From NCBI GenBank assembly GCA_016290295.1, contig JAEETJ010000001.1, positions 18,503 to 82,502 of the forward strand: a DNA stretch of 64,000 nt. The letters run 5' to 3'. Of the stretch, positions 9,128 through 17,199 are shown in pieces (the first letter of the stretch is position 1; each line of letters opens with the position of its first letter). The notes under the pieces are model-generated. The model ran no database searches. It was not told the origin of the DNA and saw nothing but the letters and a program-made list of their open reading frames with translations. This DNA is from Bacteroidales bacterium. GTDB lineage: Bacteria; Bacteroidota; Bacteroidia; Bacteroidales; WCHB1-69. The translations under genes were made by a program, and so were the position numbers.

Positions 9128-10663
9128 TCAAAAAGTACGGACACTACGTACATTAAAAAAATCATGATACGTAGCCCATTCTTCTAAATCTCCATCGTTG
9201 TGCAATGCATACGCACAATCAGCACATCCATAACCGCCTGTCTTTGTTGACGACCAATAGTAATAATAGTTGTCCATTGGAAATGGAGTACCACCCACTA
9301 TTTGCAAGGATGCATTTATGGTGACCATTTTAGGATATAGCAGACACAACTGACCAGCCGCAGGCAGGTACCAACCGTTGGCTATATCAACTGAATAGGC
9401 CGCTGGATAAGTCGAGGAGTCACCCGCAGCACGAATACATTCAGTGTTGGCGTATCCATTCAAATCGTAAATGGCATTACGGGCGTATGAATAGCCTGTC
9501 AAGCATGGTAAATTACCATGGTTTGATGACCACTGTATATGACTAGCTTGGTCATGCAGGTGCACAGCCCAGCCGTGTTCATTTGTGGTGTCCACATAAA
9601 ACACAATTCCCATGGCCGTCTTTCCTGCCACAGGCCAAGAGGATGGCTTCACAATACTGCTGTCTGTACAGAGTATATCTCCCACCGCAATAGGTGGCGT
9701 ACGTATCTCTGGTATGCTGAGAGTGGTCACATTAGCCTGCATCACAACACTATCCCCAAGACATATTGTATCAGCACTGGATATAATATCAATCTTACCG
9801 GCTATTGTCAACTCCAATGTCACCACACTGTCGCAGCCATTGGCGGCTGTGAAGGTCTGGGTGTAGCTTCCACTTTCATAATAAGTAATACCGTTCCATG
9901 TATAACTTTCATATACAACAGCTGAAAATGTCGAAGTTTTTACAGGTTTAATGGTAAGCCATAAGGTAAGTGGAGAACTGCAACCGTCCGTAGTCAACGG
10001 GCGACTACGAACAAGGTCGCACACTATACTCGTTTCCTCCGCCGTAAGGCTGTATCCATAGCCCTCATAGCCAGCCCCCTGGCACAGGGTGTCATGAATA
10101 ACTTGCGATGCACCCGTACCCACAATCACAATATGTTCTGTAGTAGCACTACAGCCATAATCGGTAGTAGCAGTCACCGTATAAGTGGTCGTTTGCGTGG
10201 GAAATACCGTGATATACGGCTGCGTACTGCCCGTGTTCCATTGATAAGTCAACGTTGTGTCATACGCTATTGAAGGAGGGTTAACCACAACCTCTGAATG
10301 TTCTCCCAAGGCATGTACTACAACACTTTGACCCGCACAAATTTCAGAAGGTTGCGCAAGAGTACCAAGTATGGGGGTACCCACCACCAAAAGTTGCAAT
10401 ACTCGCACACTGTCACAACCCTGTACAGTGGTAAAATGTTCGGTATAGGTAAACCAACCGACACTGTCCTGTCGCGCTAAATTAAATCCATATCGATGAT
10501 AATCGTTCCCCGAACATAAAGTGTCCCTGTATAAGAAATGATAGGCATTAATGTCCGTGGAATCGGAGCACTGGGCAACAGCATCCACCCAACCGCAACA
10601 AAACAACAGCAAAACACTTAACCACCTTCTCATTTTATCGCCATTATTTTCATACTTATACAA
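9128..10663 (-). CDS. Secreted protein with C-terminal DUF1566/Lcl domain
   Basis: Signal peptide (the true start may be at MRRWL); GCDSV repeats; VGDILCTD..GIVFYVD..GWYLPAAGQL..YWSST..VRSVRTF. No T9SS C-terminal domain. Confidence 0.78.
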   Translation of the reverse strand: MYKYENNGDKMRRWLSVLLLFCCGWVDAVAQCSDSTDINAYHFLYRDTLCSGNDYHRYGFNLARQDSVGWFTYTEHFTTVQGCDSVRVLQLLVVGTPILGTLAQPSEICAGQSVVVHALGEHSEVVVNPPSIAYDTTLTYQWNTGSTQPYITVFPTQTTTYTVTATTDYGCSATTEHIVIVGTGASQVIHDTLCQGAGYEGYGYSLTAEETSIVCDLVRSRPLTTDGCSSPLTLWLTIKPVKTSTFSAVVYESYTWNGITYYESGSYTQTFTAANGCDSVVTLELTIAGKIDIISSADTICLGDSVVMQANVTTLSIPEIRTPPIAVGDILCTDSSIVKPSSWPVAGKTAMGIVFYVDTTNEHGWAVHLHDQASHIQWSSNHGNLPCLTGYSYARNAIYDLNGYANTECIRAAGDSSTYPAAYSVDIANGWYLPAAGQLCLLYPKMVTINASLQIVGGTPFPMDNYYYYWSSTKTGGYGCADCAYALHNDGDLEEWATYHDFFNVRSVRTF

Positions 10664-10787
10664 TCAGCTCTAACCACCCCATATTAATATCTTTGCAAAA
10701 TTACACAAATTTTCCAAATAACAAATATAGGATCACAGCTACCGTATGAAATTTTTCGGCTGTAACTCCGGCGACTAAATCTTTTGA

Positions 10788-11801
10788 TTACCTTAGGTAT
10801 TCCGCAATCTTCACCACGGCGGAGCGGGCATCGGTGAGGGTGTCGTTGAGCGACATGGGGCGCTTGCAACTGCCCGCCACAAACAACCCCGGCTGGGCCG
10901 TCTCATTGTCACGCAGATGCGGGTTCATCGTGGTGGCAAAGCCATACGAATCAGCACAATTGCACTGCCGTGTCAGCATTTTCGTTCCTTCCGACGGCTC
11001 CATGCCCACCATCAGCACCAGCAAGTCGGCACTCATCTTCAGCGGCAAGCCCACCAGCGTGTCTTCCGACTTAATCTGGATTTTGCCATCGTAGGTTGAT
11101 GCCGCCTCGGAGATACGGCCACGGACATAGCGTACTCCGTATTTCTCCTGCGACTCGCGGTACATTTCCTCGAAACCACCGCCCCACATACGCAAATCCA
11201 TGTAGAAAATATAAGTTTCCACCTCAGGCAAAAGTTTCCTCAGCTCTATGGCCTGTTTTACGGCCGTCACGCAGCAAACTTTCGAGCAGTAATGGTTGCC
11301 CGACTTCTCATCACGCGAGCCCACACACTGCAAAAAAACAATCTTCTTGGGGGTATCGCCAACGGCATTGAGGACTTTCCCTTCCTTGATTTTCTTTTCC
11401 ATATCGATGGAAGTAATCACTCCAGGATAAATGCCATAACCCAACTCTTCTTTCCGATGGGCATCAAACACCTTGTAACCTGTGGTCATCAACACCGCAT
11501 CAGCCGTATAGCTGGTTCCTTCAGCATCCTGCAACTGCCAGCCACCATCCTGTTCCGTCACCGACTTCACCTCCTTGCCCGACAACAACTTGATGTTATC
11601 CCTATTGAGTTTTGCCTCTAAAATTTCCACTAAATCGTCCGCTGCTGAAAAATCAGGGAAAAGGAACGCTTTGTCCCTCAGATTATCCAGCGTAGAGGCC
11701 GATTTCTCGAAAAGCAGGATTTCGGTTTCTTCCTTGGCAGCCAATATCGAAGCTGCTTCTATACCGGCCGGTCCGGCACCTATGATTGCGATGGTTTTCA
11801 T
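10788..11801 (-). CDS. hdrA: Short heterodisulfide reductase subunit A-like flavoprotein (sHdrA-sized)
   Basis: GAGPAG FAD motif; FLQCVGSRD..YCSKVCC Fe-S motif; FYMDLR; GLFVAGSCKRP. Only 337 aa, with no ferredoxin insertions. Confidence 0.85.
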   Translation of the reverse strand: MKTIAIIGAGPAGIEAASILAAKEETEILLFEKSASTLDNLRDKAFLFPDFSAADDLVEILEAKLNRDNIKLLSGKEVKSVTEQDGGWQLQDAEGTSYTADAVLMTTGYKVFDAHRKEELGYGIYPGVITSIDMEKKIKEGKVLNAVGDTPKKIVFLQCVGSRDEKSGNHYCSKVCCVTAVKQAIELRKLLPEVETYIFYMDLRMWGGGFEEMYRESQEKYGVRYVRGRISEAASTYDGKIQIKSEDTLVGLPLKMSADLLVLMVGMEPSEGTKMLTRQCNCADSYGFATTMNPHLRDNETAQPGLFVAGSCKRPMSLNDTLTDARSAVVKIAEYLR

Positions 11802-11828
11802 TATATGTCTTTTTTTACATTTTTATAT

Positions 11829-11883
11829 CCCCCACACTGCGCTTCGCTTATGTGGGGTTATTGAAATTCAACCTCTTCGAGGT
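11829..11883. repeat. REP-like double hairpin between hdrB and hdrA
   Basis: CCCCACA-CTGCGCTTCGCTTA-TGTGGGG followed by ACCTC-TTC-GAGGT. Both loops read C-GAA-G on the minus strand. Confidence 0.6.
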
Positions 11884-11927
11884 CGTTTTATTTTTAGTTC
11901 TCCTTCTTCAAATTCCAGTTCTTAAAC

Positions 11928-12004
11928 TCAATTTGCACATTTACTAATTAACTAATTTGCTAATTTTTCATTGGCACATTAGCACATTGTTAATTAGCAC
12001 ATTA
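11928..12004. repeat. Octamer tandem repeats (TTAGCACA/TTTGCTAA family) starting at the hdrB stop codon
   Basis: TTACTAATTAACTAATTTGCTAATT ... TTGGCACATTAGCACATTGTTAATTAGCACATT. Confidence 0.75.
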
Positions 12005-13066
12005 AACTTTCAGCACCGTCGGCTTATCCGGCATGGAGAGCACCTTGCCCGACACGCCTTTGTACTTTTCATCAGGATTGTAGGCAATGCCGATTTTGTT
12101 CAGTAAAGTCTCGCACTGCACCTGATGCAGCTGCAAGCCCAACACCCACGGATCATAGCCTAACAGCAAGCCCGTCAATTCCTCGTAGGTGAGCACCGGA
12201 ATGCCATAGCCGTCCTTGTCGTAGGTTTTGTGCTCCAGCTCGGCGATGGTGTACTGCCACTTGTCCAAAAACATGCCGCAACCCGGACAGTTGGTGAGGA
12301 TAAAGTCAGGCTCGTAGGGTTCCATCGACTCGAACTTCTTCTTGGAGTTGGCCACCGAATAGCCACGGTTTTCCTGCACCAGATACTGGCGGAAACCGAA
12401 ACCACAGCAATGGCGTCTTTCGGGATAGTCAATCACCTCACCGCCCCAAGCCTCAATCATGCCCGACAGCACATGCGGGAACTCCGACTTGCCCACGCCC
12501 TTCTCGGGGAATATCTTGGCATAGTGGCAACCTACATGCTCCACAGCCCGCAAGGGTTTGCCCGTAAAGCGGTTCACCAGCTGGTATTTCATTTTCGGTT
12601 TCAGCTCGTTTCTGAATTTAAAAATGATATCAGAAGGATGGGCAATATTCTTGGGCAGCTCAAACTCACGGCCAGTAGCCTCACGCAAGTATTTGCGAGC
12701 CTGTTCCAACAAAGCGGGATCATGCTTCCACATCTCCACCATCTCGGTGAACACACCGAACGAGGTGACACATGAGGGCACATAGTTCTCGTAGCCATCT
12801 TCCGTCATCAGTGAGAACAGGCGGGCCACCACCGTCATTGTGGTCTCAATCGGCACCACATCCGAGTGATAGCCGATACCCGTACAGGTATGCTGGTTGG
12901 CCTCATCCTTGATGTCCTTGCCCAACTCTTCCCTCATTATCTTCAGGAAAGCGGCCTCAGAGCCTGGAAAGAAAGTCTGACGGATACAACTTCTCTCGTA
13001 GAAGTAATGGTCGTCAGCGATCTCCTTTTGATATTCGTTCCAGAAACGTTTTGGAATCTCACTCAT
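12002..13066 (-). CDS. hdrB: Heterodisulfide reductase subunit B-like protein (CCG domains, sHdrB1-like)
   Basis: Degenerate N-terminal CCG domain (SC..FPG..QHTCTGIGYHS..PSCVTS) and intact C-terminal HVGCH..HCCGFG..NCPGC..LD..Q..IPV. Confidence 0.82.
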   Translation of the reverse strand: MSEIPKRFWNEYQKEIADDHYFYERSCIRQTFFPGSEAAFLKIMREELGKDIKDEANQHTCTGIGYHSDVVPIETTMTVVARLFSLMTEDGYENYVPSCVTSFGVFTEMVEMWKHDPALLEQARKYLREATGREFELPKNIAHPSDIIFKFRNELKPKMKYQLVNRFTGKPLRAVEHVGCHYAKIFPEKGVGKSEFPHVLSGMIEAWGGEVIDYPERRHCCGFGFRQYLVQENRGYSVANSKKKFESMEPYEPDFILTNCPGCGMFLDKWQYTIAELEHKTYDKDGYGIPVLTYEELTGLLLGYDPWVLGLQLHQVQCETLLNKIGIAYNPDEKYKGVSGKVLSMPDKPTVLKV

Positions 13067-13111
13067 TATAGTTTACAGTTAATAATTAACAATGAATAAT
13101 TAATAGTTTTT

Positions 13112-13187
13112 CTCCCCTCAAACACGCAGTGCGAGACTCCCCTTTCATGCGAAGCATGACTCCCCTCGAACGAAGTGAGACTCCCCC
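13112..13187. repeat. CTCCCC/mini-hairpin array, copy A
   Basis: CTCCCC-TCAAACAC[GCA]GTGCGAGA-CTCCCC-TTTCATGC[GAA]GCATGA-CTCCCC-TCGAAC[GAA]GTGAGA-CTCCCC. Confidence 0.8.
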
Positions 13188-13200
13188 ACCTATCACTACC

Positions 13201-14973
13201 CTATCCAATGCTTCGGCTCACCAGCTCCGCTACATCCATCACCTTTGCATCAGTAGCGCGGGTGAAGGCCTTCTTGCACATCGGACAAGCCGTGCATATC
13301 AGGTCAGGATTGCCCGCTTGCAGGTTCTCCAAAGCGGCATTGCGAATCTTCTCCTGCTGTTCCAGCTCAATCACCGTGTTGCCCAGATTGAAGCCACAGC
13401 ATAAGCTATGCTCGCGTTCCTCGGGCGTCTCCATCAGCATCGCCACACTGTTCAGCACATCACGGGGTTCCTGGTAAATGCCACAGCCACGGCCCAATTC
13501 GCAGGGATCGTGATAGGTCACCTTCAGCGACGCATCCTTGTTCACCTTCAACTTACCGCTCTTAATCAGCTCCGCGATATATTCCGTATGATGCATCACC
13601 TTGATGGGCAGCTTGTATTCTTTAGTAAACGACTGATAACAAATCGGGCAGGAAGTGACCAACAACGTAGCGTGTGACTGCACAATCAGCTGGGTATTTT
13701 TCCTACGTAAATCAGCAGCCTGCGTATGGAAACCCTGTTGCATCAGCGGACGTCCACAGCAAATCGTTGCATCCTTGTCCATATACCAGTACTTCTGCCC
13801 CACCGTCTCGAAAATCTTCTCCATGGCCTCGGGAATACCTGGAGTCAAGTGCGACATACAGCCCGCGAAATACACCACACGGTCCATGGCGTTAAAGGGC
13901 CGCACCGTGTCCAAATAGCGATAATTGTTCTTGGTATCGAGCTCTTTCTTATCGCGCATCTGGCGACGGATGGCCATTAAATCGAGCTGCACCGGACAAT
14001 CACTTGCGCAACGACTGCACATCAGGCAGTTATCAGCAATCTCATCCTTTAGCATTTTATAACGGATATCACGCAAGAAATACACTGATTGTACTCCCTT
14101 GATATCCAGTTGTTTATTCAGCGGACAAGCGTCAATGCAAATACCACAGCGCGAACAAGCACTCAGTTCGTACATGGTATAACCCGACTTCTGCTCATTT
14201 TCCTTCACTCCCAAGCGGCGGAAGAAAATCAGGAATACCTCGGTGAAGATGTGCATGTAACGGGAGAAAGGCATGGACACAAAGAACACGCCCAAAGCCA
14301 AGGAATATAGCAGCCAGCAGATATATTCCACATACACATTGGCGAAAGGCAGGATGTCGCCTATCGTTTGCGTGAGGAAACCGCCGTTATGATACATAGC
14401 TGCCGTCACACTCTCTGACAGTAATCTGAAGGGGAAAATACACCACAGCGACACCTTGGCGAAGCGGTCGAAAATCACATGCTTGGTGACCTTCTTCATG
14501 CCCACAATACGACTGTAAATCATCTTCACAAAGGCGATAGCGATACCCGACAGCACAAAAAGCAGCAGTCCGTCCATCACCTGCGTAAAAATAGCTGCGG
14601 AGGCGAATGTATTATGGTCATGCTGGAAGAAGCGGTAGAAGATGGCCACCCAGAATGGCTTGCTGCCATGGATGCCCAATTCCGCCTCGAAAAAACCTAC
14701 CACAATCAGCAGAAACCATCCGAAGGCGATGCTGGCATGCATATAACCCAACACAAGGTTCCGCTTGAAAATACGGCGGTGCAGCAGCGACTCCATGACA
14801 ATCTCCCAGATAGCCGGCAAAAACTTCCAAGAGAGGATATTTTTCTTGATAATAGCCCGCTGCAAACGGTCAAAGCCGCGATACCACCTGATATACTTCC
14901 AAATACAGATGGCAAACAGCAGCACTACGCCGATGCAGAACGGAATCACAAAGGGACTGAAATACTTACTCAT
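13201..14973 (-). CDS. Membrane-bound Fe-S oxidoreductase: NarI/HdrE-like membrane domain, 2x[4Fe-4S] and two CCG domains (HdrDE/HdrF-like fusion)
   Basis: Several TM helices with His residues (GYMHAS, RYMHIF); CSRCGICIDACP and CLMCSRCASDCP; YFAGC..CCG..SCPIC; YHDPC..CCG..ACPMC. Confidence 0.82.
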   Translation of the reverse strand: MSKYFSPFVIPFCIGVVLLFAICIWKYIRWYRGFDRLQRAIIKKNILSWKFLPAIWEIVMESLLHRRIFKRNLVLGYMHASIAFGWFLLIVVGFFEAELGIHGSKPFWVAIFYRFFQHDHNTFASAAIFTQVMDGLLLFVLSGIAIAFVKMIYSRIVGMKKVTKHVIFDRFAKVSLWCIFPFRLLSESVTAAMYHNGGFLTQTIGDILPFANVYVEYICWLLYSLALGVFFVSMPFSRYMHIFTEVFLIFFRRLGVKENEQKSGYTMYELSACSRCGICIDACPLNKQLDIKGVQSVYFLRDIRYKMLKDEIADNCLMCSRCASDCPVQLDLMAIRRQMRDKKELDTKNNYRYLDTVRPFNAMDRVVYFAGCMSHLTPGIPEAMEKIFETVGQKYWYMDKDATICCGRPLMQQGFHTQAADLRRKNTQLIVQSHATLLVTSCPICYQSFTKEYKLPIKVMHHTEYIAELIKSGKLKVNKDASLKVTYHDPCELGRGCGIYQEPRDVLNSVAMLMETPEEREHSLCCGFNLGNTVIELEQQEKIRNAALENLQAGNPDLICTACPMCKKAFTRATDAKVMDVAELVSRSIG

Positions 14974-15319
14974 TGTCTTTCCGTTTTGGGTCTGTCAATA
15001 TTTTTTTCATATTCATAATCATCGAACGAAGATTTACCCCACGGGGGCACACCAAGGTGCATTTTCCACATAACATGCAGGGTCTCAGTTCTTTTTCCAA
15101 ATCCTGATACTGCTGCATTCTGAACAAAGAATGAATCCTTCGGATGTTATAATCGGTGAACTGACGGGCAGAGCAAGTAGCCGAGCAGGCACCGCAATTC
15201 ATGCAGCGCTTGAATGATGGCACCTCTGCCTCCAACTGTTTCAACAGCCGGTTATCCGCCACATCCATGTTGATAGAACGCGGTGTTGAGATGGCAAAAC
15301 CAAATTTCAGATTTCTCAT
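14966..15319 (-). CDS. Small HdrC-like 2x[4Fe-4S] protein
   Basis: CMNCGACSATCS and CMLCGKCTLVCPRG. Overlaps both neighbouring genes. Confidence 0.82.
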   Translation of the reverse strand: MRNLKFGFAISTPRSINMDVADNRLLKQLEAEVPSFKRCMNCGACSATCSARQFTDYNIRRIHSLFRMQQYQDLEKELRPCMLCGKCTLVCPRGVNLRSMIMNMKKILTDPKRKDNE

Positions 15320-15927
15320 TTCTCGCCCTCCAACACTTTTTTACGTAATTCCATGCCACCTGTCACCTCGAAAATTCTACGCACTTCCTCCAAGTTTTCC
15401 TCACGAATCTTACGAAGCGCACCGGGACCGTCACCATGATAGTTGGCACCTAATTTCGGGGCTATCTCTTCGATATTCTCACGATACCATGCCCAAATGG
15501 GACCCTGTTCAGGATGATACTCTGGGTCAACCGTATCAGGATGTACACAATAACCAATATTCAAGATATTGGAGCCGCAACCTTTCATAATTTCCACCTG
15601 CTGACGCCCCATCACACTATCCTTGAAATAGCCTAACTCCTGTGAGCGTTTCCGCAAAACAGATATCACCTCTCCTGGAATATTTCCTCTCGGGCAGCGC
15701 GGCTTGCAAGACATGCACTGACCGCAGTACCAAATAGTTTCGGAGCGAAGCAGATTCTCAATTTCCGCCTCATCCTGCCGTTGAATCGTATCGCAGATAC
15801 GGCGTGGATCGTAGTCATAGAACTCCGCCGCAGGACAGATAGCCGTGCAGACACCGCAGTTCATACAGGCTTTCAAGGCCTCCTCAAAGCGGATATCCTG
15901 CATCAGTAAATCATGCAAATTTCCCAT
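15316..15927 (-). CDS. hdrC: Heterodisulfide reductase subunit C-like protein (sHdrC1-like)
   Basis: CMNCGVCTAICP..YDYDPR..IWYCGQCMSCKPRCPRGN and C-terminal HPEQGP..RIFEVTGG. Confidence 0.85.
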   Translation of the reverse strand: MGNLHDLLMQDIRFEEALKACMNCGVCTAICPAAEFYDYDPRRICDTIQRQDEAEIENLLRSETIWYCGQCMSCKPRCPRGNIPGEVISVLRKRSQELGYFKDSVMGRQQVEIMKGCGSNILNIGYCVHPDTVDPEYHPEQGPIWAWYRENIEEIAPKLGANYHGDGPGALRKIREENLEEVRRIFEVTGGMELRKKVLEGEK

Positions 15928-15929
15928 TT

Positions 15930-17012
15930 TTATTGCATTTTAATTCGATTGAATCTCATCAGCTTGTAGAAAAATTTCGGCAATGCCTTGGTACGGTCAC
16001 GCTTCAACAAGTCGATGAATAAATGAAGTTTACGGGCAACAGGTATTCTATAGGTCTCCACAAACTCTATCAACGTGCCATCGGGGTCCTCAATATAGGT
16101 AAAATGACCTGAAGCCTCGCCCATGTCGAACTGGCTCTGACCAGCACAGCTGTCCACCGTAAAGGGGAAGCCCTTGGACTGGCAATAAGCCTCCAACTCC
16201 CTCATGTTGATGGTATCCATGCAAATCTGGATATAACCAGGGTCACCCCAGTAGCGGCCTTCGAATATCTTGCGGGGCTGATGCTCCAAAGCTACCACCA
16301 ACTCAATATAGCCAGGACCGAAAAGACTTGAGAATGGGCCTTTCCTTGGCTGCTTGTTTGTCAGCAACACTCTTCTGTACTGCTGATCGCCAGCTCTAAG
16401 GAAAGCTAAATCCTCAAAAGTTCCCGTCTTGTCATACATAATGGTGTCGAAGCCCAGTATATCCTGATATACCACCAAGGCCTTTTCCACATCGGTCACA
16501 CCGACCATCATGCCAACCACACCACCTGAGGGATAGCCTGTTTTCACACAGACGAAATCATCCTCCACCGCCTGGAAATAGTTGCCAAAGGGGTCTTCGA
16601 GAAAGAAAGTCTTATGTCCGTCAGGAGCTATCGCAATCGGGCCCACCTTATCGTATTTCGACGTAAGTTGCTGATGAAAAGCCTCTATATCAAAGCATCT
16701 TAACTTGGCCACAAATACCCCGAGGTCGCCAACTTGGATGTCAAAAGACACCGGCTGCGGTTTACGTTCGGAATACTGCCAAATCTCAAAACCAGCACCG
16801 CCTTGCAGGTTGATAGCGACGCAGGCATGGCGTTTCTGCGGCGACTGTCCCGTGTAAGGCAACATGTGCTCCGCCACGGTATCATCTTCCAGAATCTTAA
16901 TGTCCATCTGAAACATGTCGATATACCACTTCCAAGCCTGCTCGAAGTTCTCCACTCCGATACCAACTTGCTGGATTCCTGAAAAGAAATAGTTTTTGTT
17001 CATATATTTCAA
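15930..17012 (-). CDS. Two-domain VOC/glyoxalase-family protein
   Basis: IQQVGIGV..FEIWQ..FFLEDPFGNYFQ and a second domain ..YIELV..YIEDPDGTLIEFVE. The true start may be the internal MNKNY. Confidence 0.82.
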   Translation of the reverse strand: MKYMNKNYFFSGIQQVGIGVENFEQAWKWYIDMFQMDIKILEDDTVAEHMLPYTGQSPQKRHACVAINLQGGAGFEIWQYSERKPQPVSFDIQVGDLGVFVAKLRCFDIEAFHQQLTSKYDKVGPIAIAPDGHKTFFLEDPFGNYFQAVEDDFVCVKTGYPSGGVVGMMVGVTDVEKALVVYQDILGFDTIMYDKTGTFEDLAFLRAGDQQYRRVLLTNKQPRKGPFSSLFGPGYIELVVALEHQPRKIFEGRYWGDPGYIQICMDTINMRELEAYCQSKGFPFTVDSCAGQSQFDMGEASGHFTYIEDPDGTLIEFVETYRIPVARKLHLFIDLLKRDRTKALPKFFYKLMRFNRIKMQ

Positions 17013-17118
17013 TGTGCTAATGTGCTAATCAAATTAAGAATTAAGAGTTAAGAATGTTGAATTGTTGAACTGTTGAATTGTTTATAGTTTTTAGTTCTTA
17101 ATTCTTAGTTTTTAGTTC
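17010..17118. repeat. Mixed octamer/heptamer tandem repeats with inverted arms
   Basis: (AATGTGCT)2, (TTAAGAA/TTAAGAG)3, (TGTTGAAT)3, then (TTCTTAA/TTTTTAG)n, which is the reverse complement of the TTAAGAA block. Confidence 0.75.
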
Positions 17119-17120
17119 AT

Positions 17121-17195
17121 CTCCCCTCGAACGCAGTGAGACTCCCCTTCATGCGCAGCATGACTCCCCTCGAGCACAAAGTGCGAGACTCCCCC
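17121..17195. repeat. CTCCCC/mini-hairpin array, copy B
   Basis: CTCCCC-TCGAAC[GCA]GTGAGA-CTCCCC-TTCATGC[GCA]GCATGA-CTCCCC-TCGAGCAC[AAA]GTGCGAGA-CTCCCC. Confidence 0.8.
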
Positions 17196-17199
17196 ATCA

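Noticed and set aside
10788-15927. Methanogen contamination or a bifurcating Hdr-Mvh complex
   Set aside because: The gaps carry the same host repeat families as the rest of the window, HdrA lacks ferredoxin domains, and no mvhD or hydrogenase gene is present.
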